From assembly GCA_963833985.1 (NCBI GenBank), contig CAWIAD010000002.1:832001-896000 (forward strand): a DNA stretch of 64,000 bases, given 5' to 3'. Source of the DNA: an uncultured Planctomycetaceae bacterium. Its GTDB lineage: Bacteria > Planctomycetota > Planctomycetia > Isosphaerales > Isosphaeraceae. Positions 1 to 9,229 of the stretch are shown here, piece after piece (position 1 is the first letter of the stretch; every line of letters starts with the position of its first letter). The translations under genes and the position numbers were made by a program. The notes below the pieces were generated by a model. The model saw only the letters and a list, made by a program, of their open reading frames with translations, ran no database searches and was not told the origin of the DNA.

Positions 1-21
1 GGCGTACTTGCGGGTGGTGCC
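1..21. repeat. Direct-repeat copy of a selB 3' segment (partner at 2415..2435)
   Basis: GGCGTACTTGCGGGTGGTgCC vs GGCGTACTTGCGGGTGGTtCC, 20/21 identical. The match runs to the window edge. Confidence 0.8.
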
Positions 22-167
22 GATCTCGAAAGGAGATGCCTGGATTGGTCGGTTTCCTTGTTCCATGGGAGGCGATGACACCTATAGAATCAATGGCATC
101 ACGTGAGATCGCCAGATCGGCGAGATCCAGGTCAAGGGTGAGCGGAACGACGACATGGGAGCCAGTC

Positions 168-2178
168 ATGTTCTCCAGGGTCGTTACCTGTGCAGGTCTC
201 GTTGCAATCGCAACGCTTCAAAACCCGCAACCCGCGCAGGCCGGTAGGCCAGCAAGCCAGCCGGCGGCGAAATCGGGTGACACTGATGCCGCGGCCCTCA
301 TCCAGCATGCCCTCCAGTGCGAGGAGCGCGGGCTTAGCGGGGAGCGAACGAAGTATCTGGCGAAAGCCATCGTGGCGGATCCCCAGAACCTCCTGGCCCG
401 CGGCTTGACGGGCCTGGTCTCCTATGAGAGCCGGTGGTTGCAGCCGGATGAGGCCCGGCGGCGGATCAAGGCCAACCTGGGGCCAGGTGCGAAGCTGGCC
501 GAGTACAACGCCCGTCGATCACAGCTCGACGCGATGGACCGGGACGCCGACAGGATCGACTGGCTCAAATCGCGAGGCGCCCTCGGCGAGGCGCAGCTTT
601 ACCAGTGGGAGGCCGACCGCAAGCTGGCCCAGGCGCACGCGAAGCTCGGTCTCTGGTGCCAGCAGAATGGCTTGAAGCCTGAGGCGATCGCACACCTCAC
701 GGTGGCCGTGCATCTTGACCCGTACCGGGAGGGGGCGTGGAGGAATCTCGGCTACGTCAAGCGCAACGGGCGGTGGATGAATCACGAGCAGATTGCCGCG
801 GCAGAGCGTGCCGAGCTGGACGAGCTTCATGCCCGGCAGTACTGGAAGCCCCGCCTTGAGCGCTTGAGGCGTGAGCTGGCGGAGCTAGGCAGACGCGAGC
901 AAACTCGCCTTCGCTTCGCCGAAGTCACCGACCCGGCGGCCATCCCCTCGATCATGACTGTCTTCGCCCATTCCGGCCCGCCCAGCGCTTTGCTTGCCGT
1001 GCAGCTTCTTGGCCAGATTCGCGACCCGGCCGCAACGAAGAACCTCGCCCACCTCGCGGTCTATGCCGATTCGGAGGCCGCGCGCCAGGCCGCGATCGAA
1101 GTGCTCAAGACCCGCGACTGCCAGGAGTTCGCCGGCGAGCTGGTCGATCTCGTCCACACGCCGATCCGGTTTGACCTGCTGCCCCTGCATGGCCCCGGCT
1201 CGCGGGGATCGCTCACGGTGGATACGCCGCGGTTTCATATCGAACGGACCTATGATGCACCGCCGGCATTCACACTCGGCAGCTCTTTCTTCGGTTACGT
1301 CGGGTTTGACGAAAACGGCTTGCCTGTGGTCATCCGGGGCGCGGAGCTGGGGTACCTGAGACATGAGCGTTCATTGGTCGACAGGGAGATCGATCTCGGG
1401 CAGCTCGAGGCTCGCACCAGGCAATTGCTCGTCGAGGCCCAGGTCAAGGCAAGCATCGCCCAGGAACGGCTTGCCGCCGATCTCAATGCGATCCTTCTCG
1501 CCAATGCGCAGGCGCGTTTCCTCAATTCTCGCGTTCTCCCGGTGCTCAAGGCGACCGCGGGCGCGCCCGATGAGCTTGATGAGGATGAGGACGGCTGGCA
1601 TGTCTGGTGGTACGACAAGCTCGGCTACCGCTACCAGCCATCGCCCCGCATGACAATCATCGAGAACGCCGTACCGCAGTTCCCTCCACCCGAGTTCTGG
1701 ACCTGCTTCGCGGCCGGAACTCTCGTGGACACGCTGGAGGGTCCCCGGCCGATCGAGTCCATCGCCATCGGCGATCAGGTCCTCAGCCAGGACGTCTCCA
1801 CGGGGGCCCTGAGCTTCGAGCCTGTGGTCGTGGTGCACCACAACCCGCCTGGCCAGACGCTACGGATCGTGCTCTCGGACGGCGGATCCGTGGTTTGCAG
1901 CGTCTACCACCGTTTCTGGCGCCGGAAAGGGCTGGGCCATGGCCCGCGACCTCAAGACGGGCGACCTGCTGCGCGGACTTCGAAACGCCGTCCGGATCGC
2001 CGCCGTGGAGTCAGGCTTGACCGAGCCGCTCTATAACCTGGACGTGGCCAGGTCCCGGACCTTCTTCGTCGCGCGCGACAACCTGCTGGTGCACGATAAC
2101 ACGCCGCCCGAGCCCGGGCTCAGGCCGTTCGACGCCATATCGTCTGCAAACGCGCCAGGGAAGCCTCATGGGCAATAG
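168..2178 (+). CDS. Exported TPR/HEAT-like helical protein with C-terminal Hint (intein-like, PT-HINT/BIL type) domain; frame break at ~1920
   Basis: Signal-like N-terminus (MFSRVVTCAGLVAIATL..PAQA) after GGGAG. Hint starts CFAAGTLVDT at 1704 and continues in ORF 1939..2178 (GKGWAMARDLKTGD...YNLDV..RTFFV...LLVHDN). Adding 2 nt at 1919-1922 joins the frames. Confidence 0.85.
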
Positions 2179-2220
2179 AGGCTTTCCGCCCGGGGGCGCG
2201 GACCGGCTGGTAAAGAAGGT

Positions 2221-2256
2221 TCCCGCCGGGCTGGCCCCAGATGGGGCCTGGCGGGA
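2221..2256. terminator. GC-rich hairpin between convergent genes (possible terminator)
   Basis: TCCCGCC..GGCCCCA-GA-TGGGGCC..GGCGGGA nested inverted repeat. No clear U-tract. Confidence 0.35.
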
Positions 2257-2324
2257 GTGTCGTAGTTCATTAATCGTTATGTAAATATGAAGTGATAACT
2301 AATTTTTGAAAATTTGACGAGTGT

Positions 2325-4298
2325 TTAATTATCATTGGTGATCTGCCCCAGATTTCGCACGTCGCCCTCGCGCCGGGTCAGGCCAATGCGGTCCAGGTAC
2401 TCGCCGATGGGCACGGCGTACTTGCGGGTGGTTCCCAGCAGGTCGCGGAGATCGGCCATGGTCATGCTCGACCCATCCGCCAGCCGCGCGACAACCTTCC
2501 GGCGCAGCTCGGCCTCGACATCGAAGTCGAGATAGAGGCCCGATGAGACCTCGACCAGCTTCTGCTCGTCGCAAAGCAGGGCCAGCAGCTCCGGCACCGC
2601 AGCGGTTCGAGTACCGGCCGTGGCGGCCAGGTCGGCCGCGTCGGGCGGGCTCATACCCCCTTTGCGGACCGACTCGGCCAGCTCGCCCTTGAGCCGTCGC
2701 TCTCCCTGGCTGAGCTTCGGCTCGTGGCCCTTGAGGGCCACCGTGCGGGCCTCCACGATCACCTTGCCCTGCGCCTTGAGCCGGTCGACGATGCCCGAGA
2801 TCAGTGCCTCGCTGGCCAGGTCAGGAAGCTCGGCCGCCAGGTGGGTGCGGGGAATCGCCGAGAGCCGCGGCCGGGCCTGGTGCAGCCGGCCCAGGGCGCG
2901 GAGCACACGATCTTCCAGGTCCGTGACGAACTCGGCCAGGATGCGAACCGTTCTCCGCGGACCGACCGGGACATCGATCAGCTCTTCTGTTGCCGCCAGC
3001 TGGTCGAGCCAGCGGGGAACCTCGTCGATCGGCAGTCCCGCACGGGCCGACAGGGCCCGCTCGCTCCACGGCTCCAGGCCCAGGAAAGCGAGGACCGCGG
3101 AGAGGCGTTCCCGCGGATCCGCCGAGCGCAGGCGGTCGAGCCGCGATAATGCGGTTTCATCGCGCCGGCGCAGGCGACGCGCCAAAGGCTGGAGCACGCG
3201 CCCGCCTCCCACCGTTGCGGGTGGGCTCTCCTCGCGGATCACGAGCGGCTGGCCGTGGACAGCGACGGTCGGCTGGGCAAGGAAAAGCTGGCCGAGCTGT
3301 GAGCGGCCGGGCGCCAGTTCGTTCTCCTTCAGCAAGGCCAGCGTGGCAGTGACCTCCGCGGTTCCCAGGTGAACGCGGTAGCGGGCGCGGTGCCGCAGTC
3401 CACGAACCGCGTCCGGCGACGCCGTCACCTCGACGGAGAGAACGCGCGAGGCTTGCAGGTACCCGGGTGCGGCCAGCTCCTGCCCCCGCACGACGTCTCC
3501 ATGGTGGATCCCCGCCAGGTTGATTGCCGCGCGTGATCCGCGGTCCAGCCGCTCGACGGGCTGGTCATGCCGGTGCAAGCCGCGGACGCGCACCAGCCGG
3601 CCGGCGGGCTGCCACTCCAGCTCATCACCCAGGCAGACGCTTCCTGATGCAACCGTCCCGGTCACAACCGTTCCATGCCCGGCCAGGGTGAACGACCGGT
3701 CGATGGCCATCCGGAAGAGGCCGGCGTCAGCACGCACCGAGACCTCATCGCAGAGCTCGGCCAGGCGGGTCTTCAAATCGCCGAGCCCCTGACCCGTCAT
3801 GGCCGACGTCCGCACGATGGGGGCGTGCTCGAGGAACGTGCCGCGGACCAGCTCGCGCGCCTCGTCCTCGACCAGGCTGATCCAGGAAGCGTCGGCCACG
3901 TCGCACTTGGTCACGACGATGATCCCGCCGACGAGGCCCAGCAGCCGGAGGATCTCCAGGTGTTCTCGGGTCTGGGGCATCACCGAATCATCGGCCGCGA
4001 TCACCAGCATGGCCAGGTCCAGGCCCGAGGCCCCTGCCAGCATGTTGCGGATGAACCGCTCGTGGCCCGGAACGTCGACGAGCGCCAGGCGATGACGCCC
4101 CAGCGCCAGTGAGGCGAAGCCCAGGTCGATGGTGATCCCGCGCTGTTTTTCGGCAGGCAGCCGATCGGTATCGACACCCGTCAGGGCGCGCACCAGGGCG
4201 GTCTTGCCATGGTCGATATGCCCGGCCGTTCCCACGACCAGGTCGCGCTTGCCGCCATGGCTTGCGGCGTCACCGGCAGTGTCACTCGACTGGGTCAT
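2325..4298 (-). CDS. selB: Selenocysteine-specific translation elongation factor SelB
   Basis: [28 protein letters not shown] and TKCD G-domain motifs. C-terminal winged-helix end [22 protein letters not shown]. Confidence 0.97.
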   Translation of the reverse strand: MTQSSDTAGDAASHGGKRDLVVGTAGHIDHGKTALVRALTGVDTDRLPAEKQRGITIDLGFASLALGRHRLALVDVPGHERFIRNMLAGASGLDLAMLVIAADDSVMPQTREHLEILRLLGLVGGIIVVTKCDVADASWISLVEDEARELVRGTFLEHAPIVRTSAMTGQGLGDLKTRLAELCDEVSVRADAGLFRMAIDRSFTLAGHGTVVTGTVASGSVCLGDELEWQPAGRLVRVRGLHRHDQPVERLDRGSRAAINLAGIHHGDVVRGQELAAPGYLQASRVLSVEVTASPDAVRGLRHRARYRVHLGTAEVTATLALLKENELAPGRSQLGQLFLAQPTVAVHGQPLVIREESPPATVGGGRVLQPLARRLRRRDETALSRLDRLRSADPRERLSAVLAFLGLEPWSERALSARAGLPIDEVPRWLDQLAATEELIDVPVGPRRTVRILAEFVTDLEDRVLRALGRLHQARPRLSAIPRTHLAAELPDLASEALISGIVDRLKAQGKVIVEARTVALKGHEPKLSQGERRLKGELAESVRKGGMSPPDAADLAATAGTRTAAVPELLALLCDEQKLVEVSSGLYLDFDVEAELRRKVVARLADGSSMTMADLRDLLGTTRKYAVPIGEYLDRIGLTRREGDVRNLGQITNDN

Positions 4299-4377
4299 GA
4301 TCACGCCAGTCTAGCGGTTCGGCCGCCTGCTGGCGACCGGCGATGACGGATCGTCGGGCGCTGCTGTGCCTGCAAGG

Positions 4378-5157
4378 TCAAGCGAGCTTGAGCATCGTGT
4401 ACTCGGGTGCCAGCCCCGCGATGCTGCTCTGCGATTTTCCAGGGGCGATCGCGGCAAACGCATAGAACTCCCGGGTGAGCCCCGGGTGGGCGTTCGATGC
4501 GATCGACGAGGGAAGCAGGCTCTGGGGAACGGTGGCCTTCACGGTGTCTCCGGAGACGAGGATCGCGCTCGGGGGAAGCACGACCGTGGATGTCACCTGG
4601 TATTGCGCGTTCAGCAGCAGGACCGCGGCGGAGACTCCGCCCGAGCCGGTGCTCACCTGGACGATCGCGTCAAAGGCGATCTGGGGCCGTCCCTTGATGG
4701 GCCCCGGGCTGGTGGCGCCACCTCGATTGACCAGAAACGAGTAAAGCGCCGGCTGGGTGACATCAATCGGCAGCAAGACCTTGCCCGTGAACTCGACAGC
4801 GTGCTGCGGGTTGATCCGGGCATCAGCGGCGATGACATCCAGGTCCGCGGCTTTCGTCCCGGTGTAATCCGGGTAGTACATCGGCGCCTTGAGAACATGG
4901 CTTTTCGAGATGCTTTGATACAGGGGGTGCCTGGTCAAGCTGAGCTCGTAGAGGCCTTCGATGCGGCCGGAAACGTTCTTGGGAAGCTGGTTGGAAACCT
5001 GGATGGGAACCAGCACCGGATTCTGCGGTGGCGGTGTGGGGAGCAGGGCCTGGAGAATGGAAAGGCTCAAGAGCGATCGTTCCTCGAGCGGCTCACACGC
5101 AGGCCGGTGCATCCGACCGGCTCTTCGCGCAGCCGATCGTCCGGGAAAACGCGGCAT
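4378..5157 (-). CDS. Hypothetical exported protein with planctomycete LEPRxLL-type N-terminal motif
   Basis: Arg-rich start then RPACEPLEERSLLS. GGAGG upstream of the ATG at 5157. Confidence 0.75.
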   Translation of the reverse strand: MPRFPGRSAARRAGRMHRPACEPLEERSLLSLSILQALLPTPPPQNPVLVPIQVSNQLPKNVSGRIEGLYELSLTRHPLYQSISKSHVLKAPMYYPDYTGTKAADLDVIAADARINPQHAVEFTGKVLLPIDVTQPALYSFLVNRGGATSPGPIKGRPQIAFDAIVQVSTGSGGVSAAVLLLNAQYQVTSTVVLPPSAILVSGDTVKATVPQSLLPSSIASNAHPGLTREFYAFAAIAPGKSQSSIAGLAPEYTMLKLA

Positions 5158-5332
5158 TCCCGTTCCTCCTTCATCCGAGAAGACCGGCGCAACGTACACT
5201 CAGGGCCGGAAGCATAGCCGGAACTCCGGAAAGCACAAGCCGAACCCGTGCAACGGAGTGGCTTCGCTTCCGCGATTCGCCGGTTTCCGGACGGGGGTCA
5301 ACGCTCTTGTCGACCTCGTCAAGAAAAAACCC

Positions 5333-5361
5333 GGAACAACCGCGAGGCGCCGTCAGACTAT
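5333..5361 (+). promoter_or_regulatory. Possible ECF-type (autoregulatory) promoter
   Basis: GGAAC...CGTCAGACTA preceded by an A-tract, ~40 nt upstream of the ECF gene. Confidence 0.3.
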
Positions 5362-5401
5362 TTCCTCAGAAGAGGCGATCACCCGATTGCACGAGGCCCC
5401 C

Positions 5402-7792
5402 GTGACGCTCAACTCCAAACAAGGCTGCATGCTACTGCGTCATACGCGCTCGCTCTTCACGGAAGGAACCCTCCATGGATTGACGGACGCAGAGCTCTTG
5501 AAGCGATTCGTCGATCAGCCCGGGGAGCCGTCGGAGCTGGCATTCACGTTGCTGCTCGAGCGCCACGCCGGATTGGTTCTGGGCACGTGTCGCCGCGTTC
5601 TGCGTAATGCCGAGGACGTTCACGATGCATTTCAGGCCACGTTCCTGGTTCTGGCACGCAACGCTCGGTCGATCCGGAACCGTCAGTCGGTCGCCTGCTG
5701 GCTCCAGGGTGTCGCCTACCGGGTTGCCTGCTCGGCCCGCTCGAGTGCCAGCCGGCGTCGTTTCCACGAGCAAAGCTATGCCAGGCAGAGCGAACTCAGA
5801 CTCATCCGGGAAGAACCGGCTCACGGCGACCTGCGGGCCGTGCTCGACCGGGAGCTGAGCCGCTTGCCGGAACGCCACCGCGCGGTGGTTGTGCTCTGCG
5901 ATCTCGAGGGCCTGTCCTACGACCAGGCCGCATCAGCACTGGGCTGGCCCATGGGCACAGTCAAGAGCCGGCTGGCGCGGGGACGAGAGCAGCTCCGAGC
6001 GCGCTTGATCCGCCGTGGGGTCGCTCCCGCGCTGGCGGCTGCCGGAGCACTCGGCCTGAGCGACTCCGCTCTTGGCGCCGTGCCGCATGGACTCAGTCAG
6101 ATGACCGTGAGTGCCGCGGTGGCGCTCACGGCGCGCCGATGTGCGGTCTCCTTCATGTCCCCCGCTGTCCTTGCACTTGTGGAGAAAGGTCTCATGACGC
6201 TCGCGTGGACCAAGGTCCGATATTCTGTCGCGGCTCTCATGCTCGCCTCGTGCCTTGCCACCACGGCGATCCTTCTCGCGGGCCCGCACTTCCGGGCGGC
6301 TGCTCAGGATGCAGGGCGCGGCATCAAGAGTGCGGAAGACGCCGGGAAGGAAGCATCAGTGAATGCGCCGCGCCCGACGGCGACAACCCGCGCATCAGCC
6401 ACGTCATCGCCGGCGGCAAAACCGTGGGAAAGCGCTGTGCGCATCCGCGTCCTGACCGATGGTTCGGTGCGAATCGCCTCGGGCACGGTGATCCACAGCA
6501 CACCCGAGGAATCGTTGGTTCTTACATGCGCTCATACGTTTAAAGTGGACGGAGCCGTGCCGTCACCCGGCTATCCCTGGAAGATCATGGTCGATCTTTT
6601 CGATGGCACGCTGCATGGCGAGAATTTCGACGAGGTACGATTCGTGAACACGACCGAGGGTCAGCCGGTTGATTTCGATTTCAGCCTGGATCTGGGCCTG
6701 ATCCGCATTCGTACCGGCCGTGCGCTGCCTGCCTCTCCCATGGTGCCGCGGTCGTGGCAACCGAAGGCGGGCATGCGAATGCTGAGCATCGGCTGCTCGG
6801 ACGGCAACGCTGCGACGCTCTGGAATACGACGATCACTCGTCCTGTCTCAAGTGGTCTCGCGGGGAACCCATCTTACGCTGCGATCGAGTGCCGGAGAGC
6901 ACCCAAACCAGGGCGAACGGGGGGTGGCTTGTTCACGGCCGACGGCAACCTTGCGGGTATCTGCAATTTCGCAGAGCCGCGGGGCGATGCCGGTCTTTAT
7001 GCCGCACCTTCCTCGATTTACCAGTTCCTGTTCCGTAACGGCTGGGAAAGTCTGTATCACGATGGGGCAAGTGACACCGACAAGGCGGATCCGCGTCGGT
7101 CTGGCACGCACAATCAGCCCGGCAACCCTCCTCCCACCGCGGCCAGCGAGATCGAGATACTCCGAGACCGGATCGCACGGGCACAGAACGAGAGCATCCG
7201 GTTGAGGAACGAAGCACTCAAGCTGACGGATCAGCTCTATAGTCTTATCTCCGCGGCCCAGACTGGAGGCACGGCTCGAGCACCGGAGCAGATCACGGCA
7301 GCTGAGAAATCCGCCACTCCGGCCAGGCCGCGCGACTCCGACTATCATCCACCGTCCAGCGGGGGTCCGAAGCCAGGCGCCGCGAACGCGGGCCGCCGGA
7401 AGCCCTTCCTGCGTGCGCTCGGCCTGGTCTTCGCGGCCTCACCGATGGGTAGCAAGGTCGTGGTCCATGACCCAGTCACCCGGAAGGACGATTCCTTCGC
7501 GCTCGGAGCGACGAAGGAGAACCCGCTGGAAGTCAGCTTCGTCGAAGCAATGCCGGTGGTCGGCCTCAACATCAAAGGGGCGAAGATCGCCCGCACCGCT
7601 GTCTATGACCAGCGCACGGGCGCCTGGATTCCGCTTGAGCTGAGCGAGCCCGTGAGCGGCGAATTGAAGTCCAGTACCGAGAGCGATGGCACCGTCACAT
7701 ACGATGCCGGCCGGTATCACTACACGTATAGTTCACGAACCGGTAAATGGGACCGTTTCGATCATGGCACGATCACGGATGCTCAGGAATAA
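5402..7792 (+). CDS. ECF sigma-70 factor fused via TM segment to a trypsin-like domain, coiled coil and C-terminal beta-rich domain
   Basis: Region 2 (DVHDAFQATFLVL, WL.GVA.R) and region 4 (LPERHRAVVVLCDLEGLSY..A..LG..GTVKSRLARGR). Hydrophobic stretch, then SGTVI/LTCAH/DLGLI/GRTGGGLF. Start codon uncertain (GTG 5402 or ATG 5429). Confidence 0.88.
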   Translation: MTLNSKQGCMLLRHTRSLFTEGTLHGLTDAELLKRFVDQPGEPSELAFTLLLERHAGLVLGTCRRVLRNAEDVHDAFQATFLVLARNARSIRNRQSVACWLQGVAYRVACSARSSASRRRFHEQSYARQSELRLIREEPAHGDLRAVLDRELSRLPERHRAVVVLCDLEGLSYDQAASALGWPMGTVKSRLARGREQLRARLIRRGVAPALAAAGALGLSDSALGAVPHGLSQMTVSAAVALTARRCAVSFMSPAVLALVEKGLMTLAWTKVRYSVAALMLASCLATTAILLAGPHFRAAAQDAGRGIKSAEDAGKEASVNAPRPTATTRASATSSPAAKPWESAVRIRVLTDGSVRIASGTVIHSTPEESLVLTCAHTFKVDGAVPSPGYPWKIMVDLFDGTLHGENFDEVRFVNTTEGQPVDFDFSLDLGLIRIRTGRALPASPMVPRSWQPKAGMRMLSIGCSDGNAATLWNTTITRPVSSGLAGNPSYAAIECRRAPKPGRTGGGLFTADGNLAGICNFAEPRGDAGLYAAPSSIYQFLFRNGWESLYHDGASDTDKADPRRSGTHNQPGNPPPTAASEIEILRDRIARAQNESIRLRNEALKLTDQLYSLISAAQTGGTARAPEQITAAEKSATPARPRDSDYHPPSSGGPKPGAANAGRRKPFLRALGLVFAASPMGSKVVVHDPVTRKDDSFALGATKENPLEVSFVEAMPVVGLNIKGAKIARTAVYDQRTGAWIPLELSEPVSGELKSSTESDGTVTYDAGRYHYTYSSRTGKWDRFDHGTITDAQE

Positions 7793-7812
7793 GTCCCCGA
7801 TCGATGCGCCGT

Positions 7813-8892
7813 TCAGTCGCCAACGACCAGGACCGCGAAGGACCCGGGGACCATGGTTCCACGCCTTCGGCCGGCTCCCTTGGTCGCACCCGCGGGAGCG
7901 GTCTTGGCCGCCGGAGTGGAGGCGGTCTTGGCGGCGGGCGTTGGGGCATAGGTTGCGGCCGAGAGGTACACGCGGTGCGTCTGCGGGTCCAGCGCGATCG
8001 TGCGTGCACTGGGCTGTGTGGGAATAGTGGCCGCCACGACAAACTTCCCGGGCGTCTCCTCGCGCACGACGGTCAAGCTCCCGTCGCCACCGTTGGAGCT
8101 GTACGCCAGGCCCCGAGCGGGATCGAAGGCACAGCCGTCCGAGCCGGGGCCGATCGGCAGCGTGGCGAGCACGTGACCGCTGTCGGCGTCAAGCACGATC
8201 ATGGTCTGGCTGGCACCACAGACGCTGAAAAGACGCCGGTGCTCTCGGTCCATGGCCAGGCCGCTCGGACGCTGGCCAGGCGCGAGAGACCAGCGGTTCA
8301 GCACGCGGAGAGTCCTGGCGTCATACTCGGCAACCTCACTCTTGTCCATGATGTTAACGAACACATGGCCCTTGCCGTCGGCCACGGCGGCCTCGGGAAC
8401 GCCGTCGAGTGCAACGGTACCGGCCACCGTCAGGTTCACGGGGTCAACCGCTGTCGCGTCCTTGCTGCCGTGATTGTAGGTGAAGATGCGGTTGCTCGCG
8501 GGATCGAACATGATGGCATCGGGCCGGCCGCCCACCTTGACACGGCCCGTCTCCTTGAGCGTCTTCAGGTCAAAGACCGTGACGGTGTCGTCGCCGCCGT
8601 TGGAGGTGAAGCCCCTGTTCAGCTCAGGAGCGATCGCGACGCCGTGTACGCCGGGGGTTCCCGTCACCTCGCCCACCACTTTTTCGGCTTCGGTGTCCAC
8701 GACGATAATGCGATTCGAGCGCGATACGTAGAGCCGGCTGGACGCGGGGTCGACGGTCAGGTAGTCCCAGCCTCCGTCCCCACCAATGGTGATTTTCTTG
8801 ATGGTGGCCGGGACGGGTCCGGAAGTCTGAGCCCGGCCGGCGGCCGGCAGTGCCAGCAGCAGGGCGGCGAGAACAGGCGCGATGGTTTGCAC
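7813..8892 (-). CDS. YncE/YVTN-family beta-propeller exported protein
   Basis: Signal peptide, GGDGGWDYL, GVHGVA, GFTSNG, PDAI..DP, ARTIALDP motifs. GTG start after GGAG. Confidence 0.88.
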   Translation of the reverse strand: MQTIAPVLAALLLALPAAGRAQTSGPVPATIKKITIGGDGGWDYLTVDPASSRLYVSRSNRIIVVDTEAEKVVGEVTGTPGVHGVAIAPELNRGFTSNGGDDTVTVFDLKTLKETGRVKVGGRPDAIMFDPASNRIFTYNHGSKDATAVDPVNLTVAGTVALDGVPEAAVADGKGHVFVNIMDKSEVAEYDARTLRVLNRWSLAPGQRPSGLAMDREHRRLFSVCGASQTMIVLDADSGHVLATLPIGPGSDGCAFDPARGLAYSSNGGDGSLTVVREETPGKFVVAATIPTQPSARTIALDPQTHRVYLSAATYAPTPAAKTASTPAAKTAPAGATKGAGRRRGTMVPGSFAVLVVGD

Positions 8893-9229
8893 GACGGCAA
8901 CTCCCTGAAGAAATGGAACATGCAAAACAGAGAGAGATTCGATGGGAGTATGCGTCAATCGCGACGGCTTCGTCCAGTCAATCTGACGCCTGTTGATCCT
9001 AAAATCTTCCTTATCAATTTGTGATGCCTGCAAGTCCTCTCCGCCGCGGGCTTCGGGACCGGGCAGCCCAGGGCAGGAGCAGCCACGCCTTTACCGGCCA
9101 GGCCCTTTTGGGAGGCTCGCCGCGGGTGTACGATCTCCTCCGTGGCCCAGCATCGAGCAGGTAAAAGATCAAGGCCAGGCCGAGGGACCGCGTGCTTGCA
9201 GAAAGACTCTGCGCGGGGAGGAGCCGACC

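Noticed and set aside
1704..2100. Mobile homing intein or polymorphic toxin
   Set aside because: There is no endonuclease insert, no conserved host gene, no toxin domain after the Hint domain and no immunity gene.
2101..2178. PEP-CTERM signal (PPEP) in the Hint protein tail
   Set aside because: It is not followed by a TM helix and basic cluster.
2179..5400. selA/selC/selD or a UGA-recoded selenoprotein near selB
   Set aside because: I recognised no tRNA-Sec-like sequence and no convincing in-frame TGA read-through by eye. A covariance search would be needed to exclude them.
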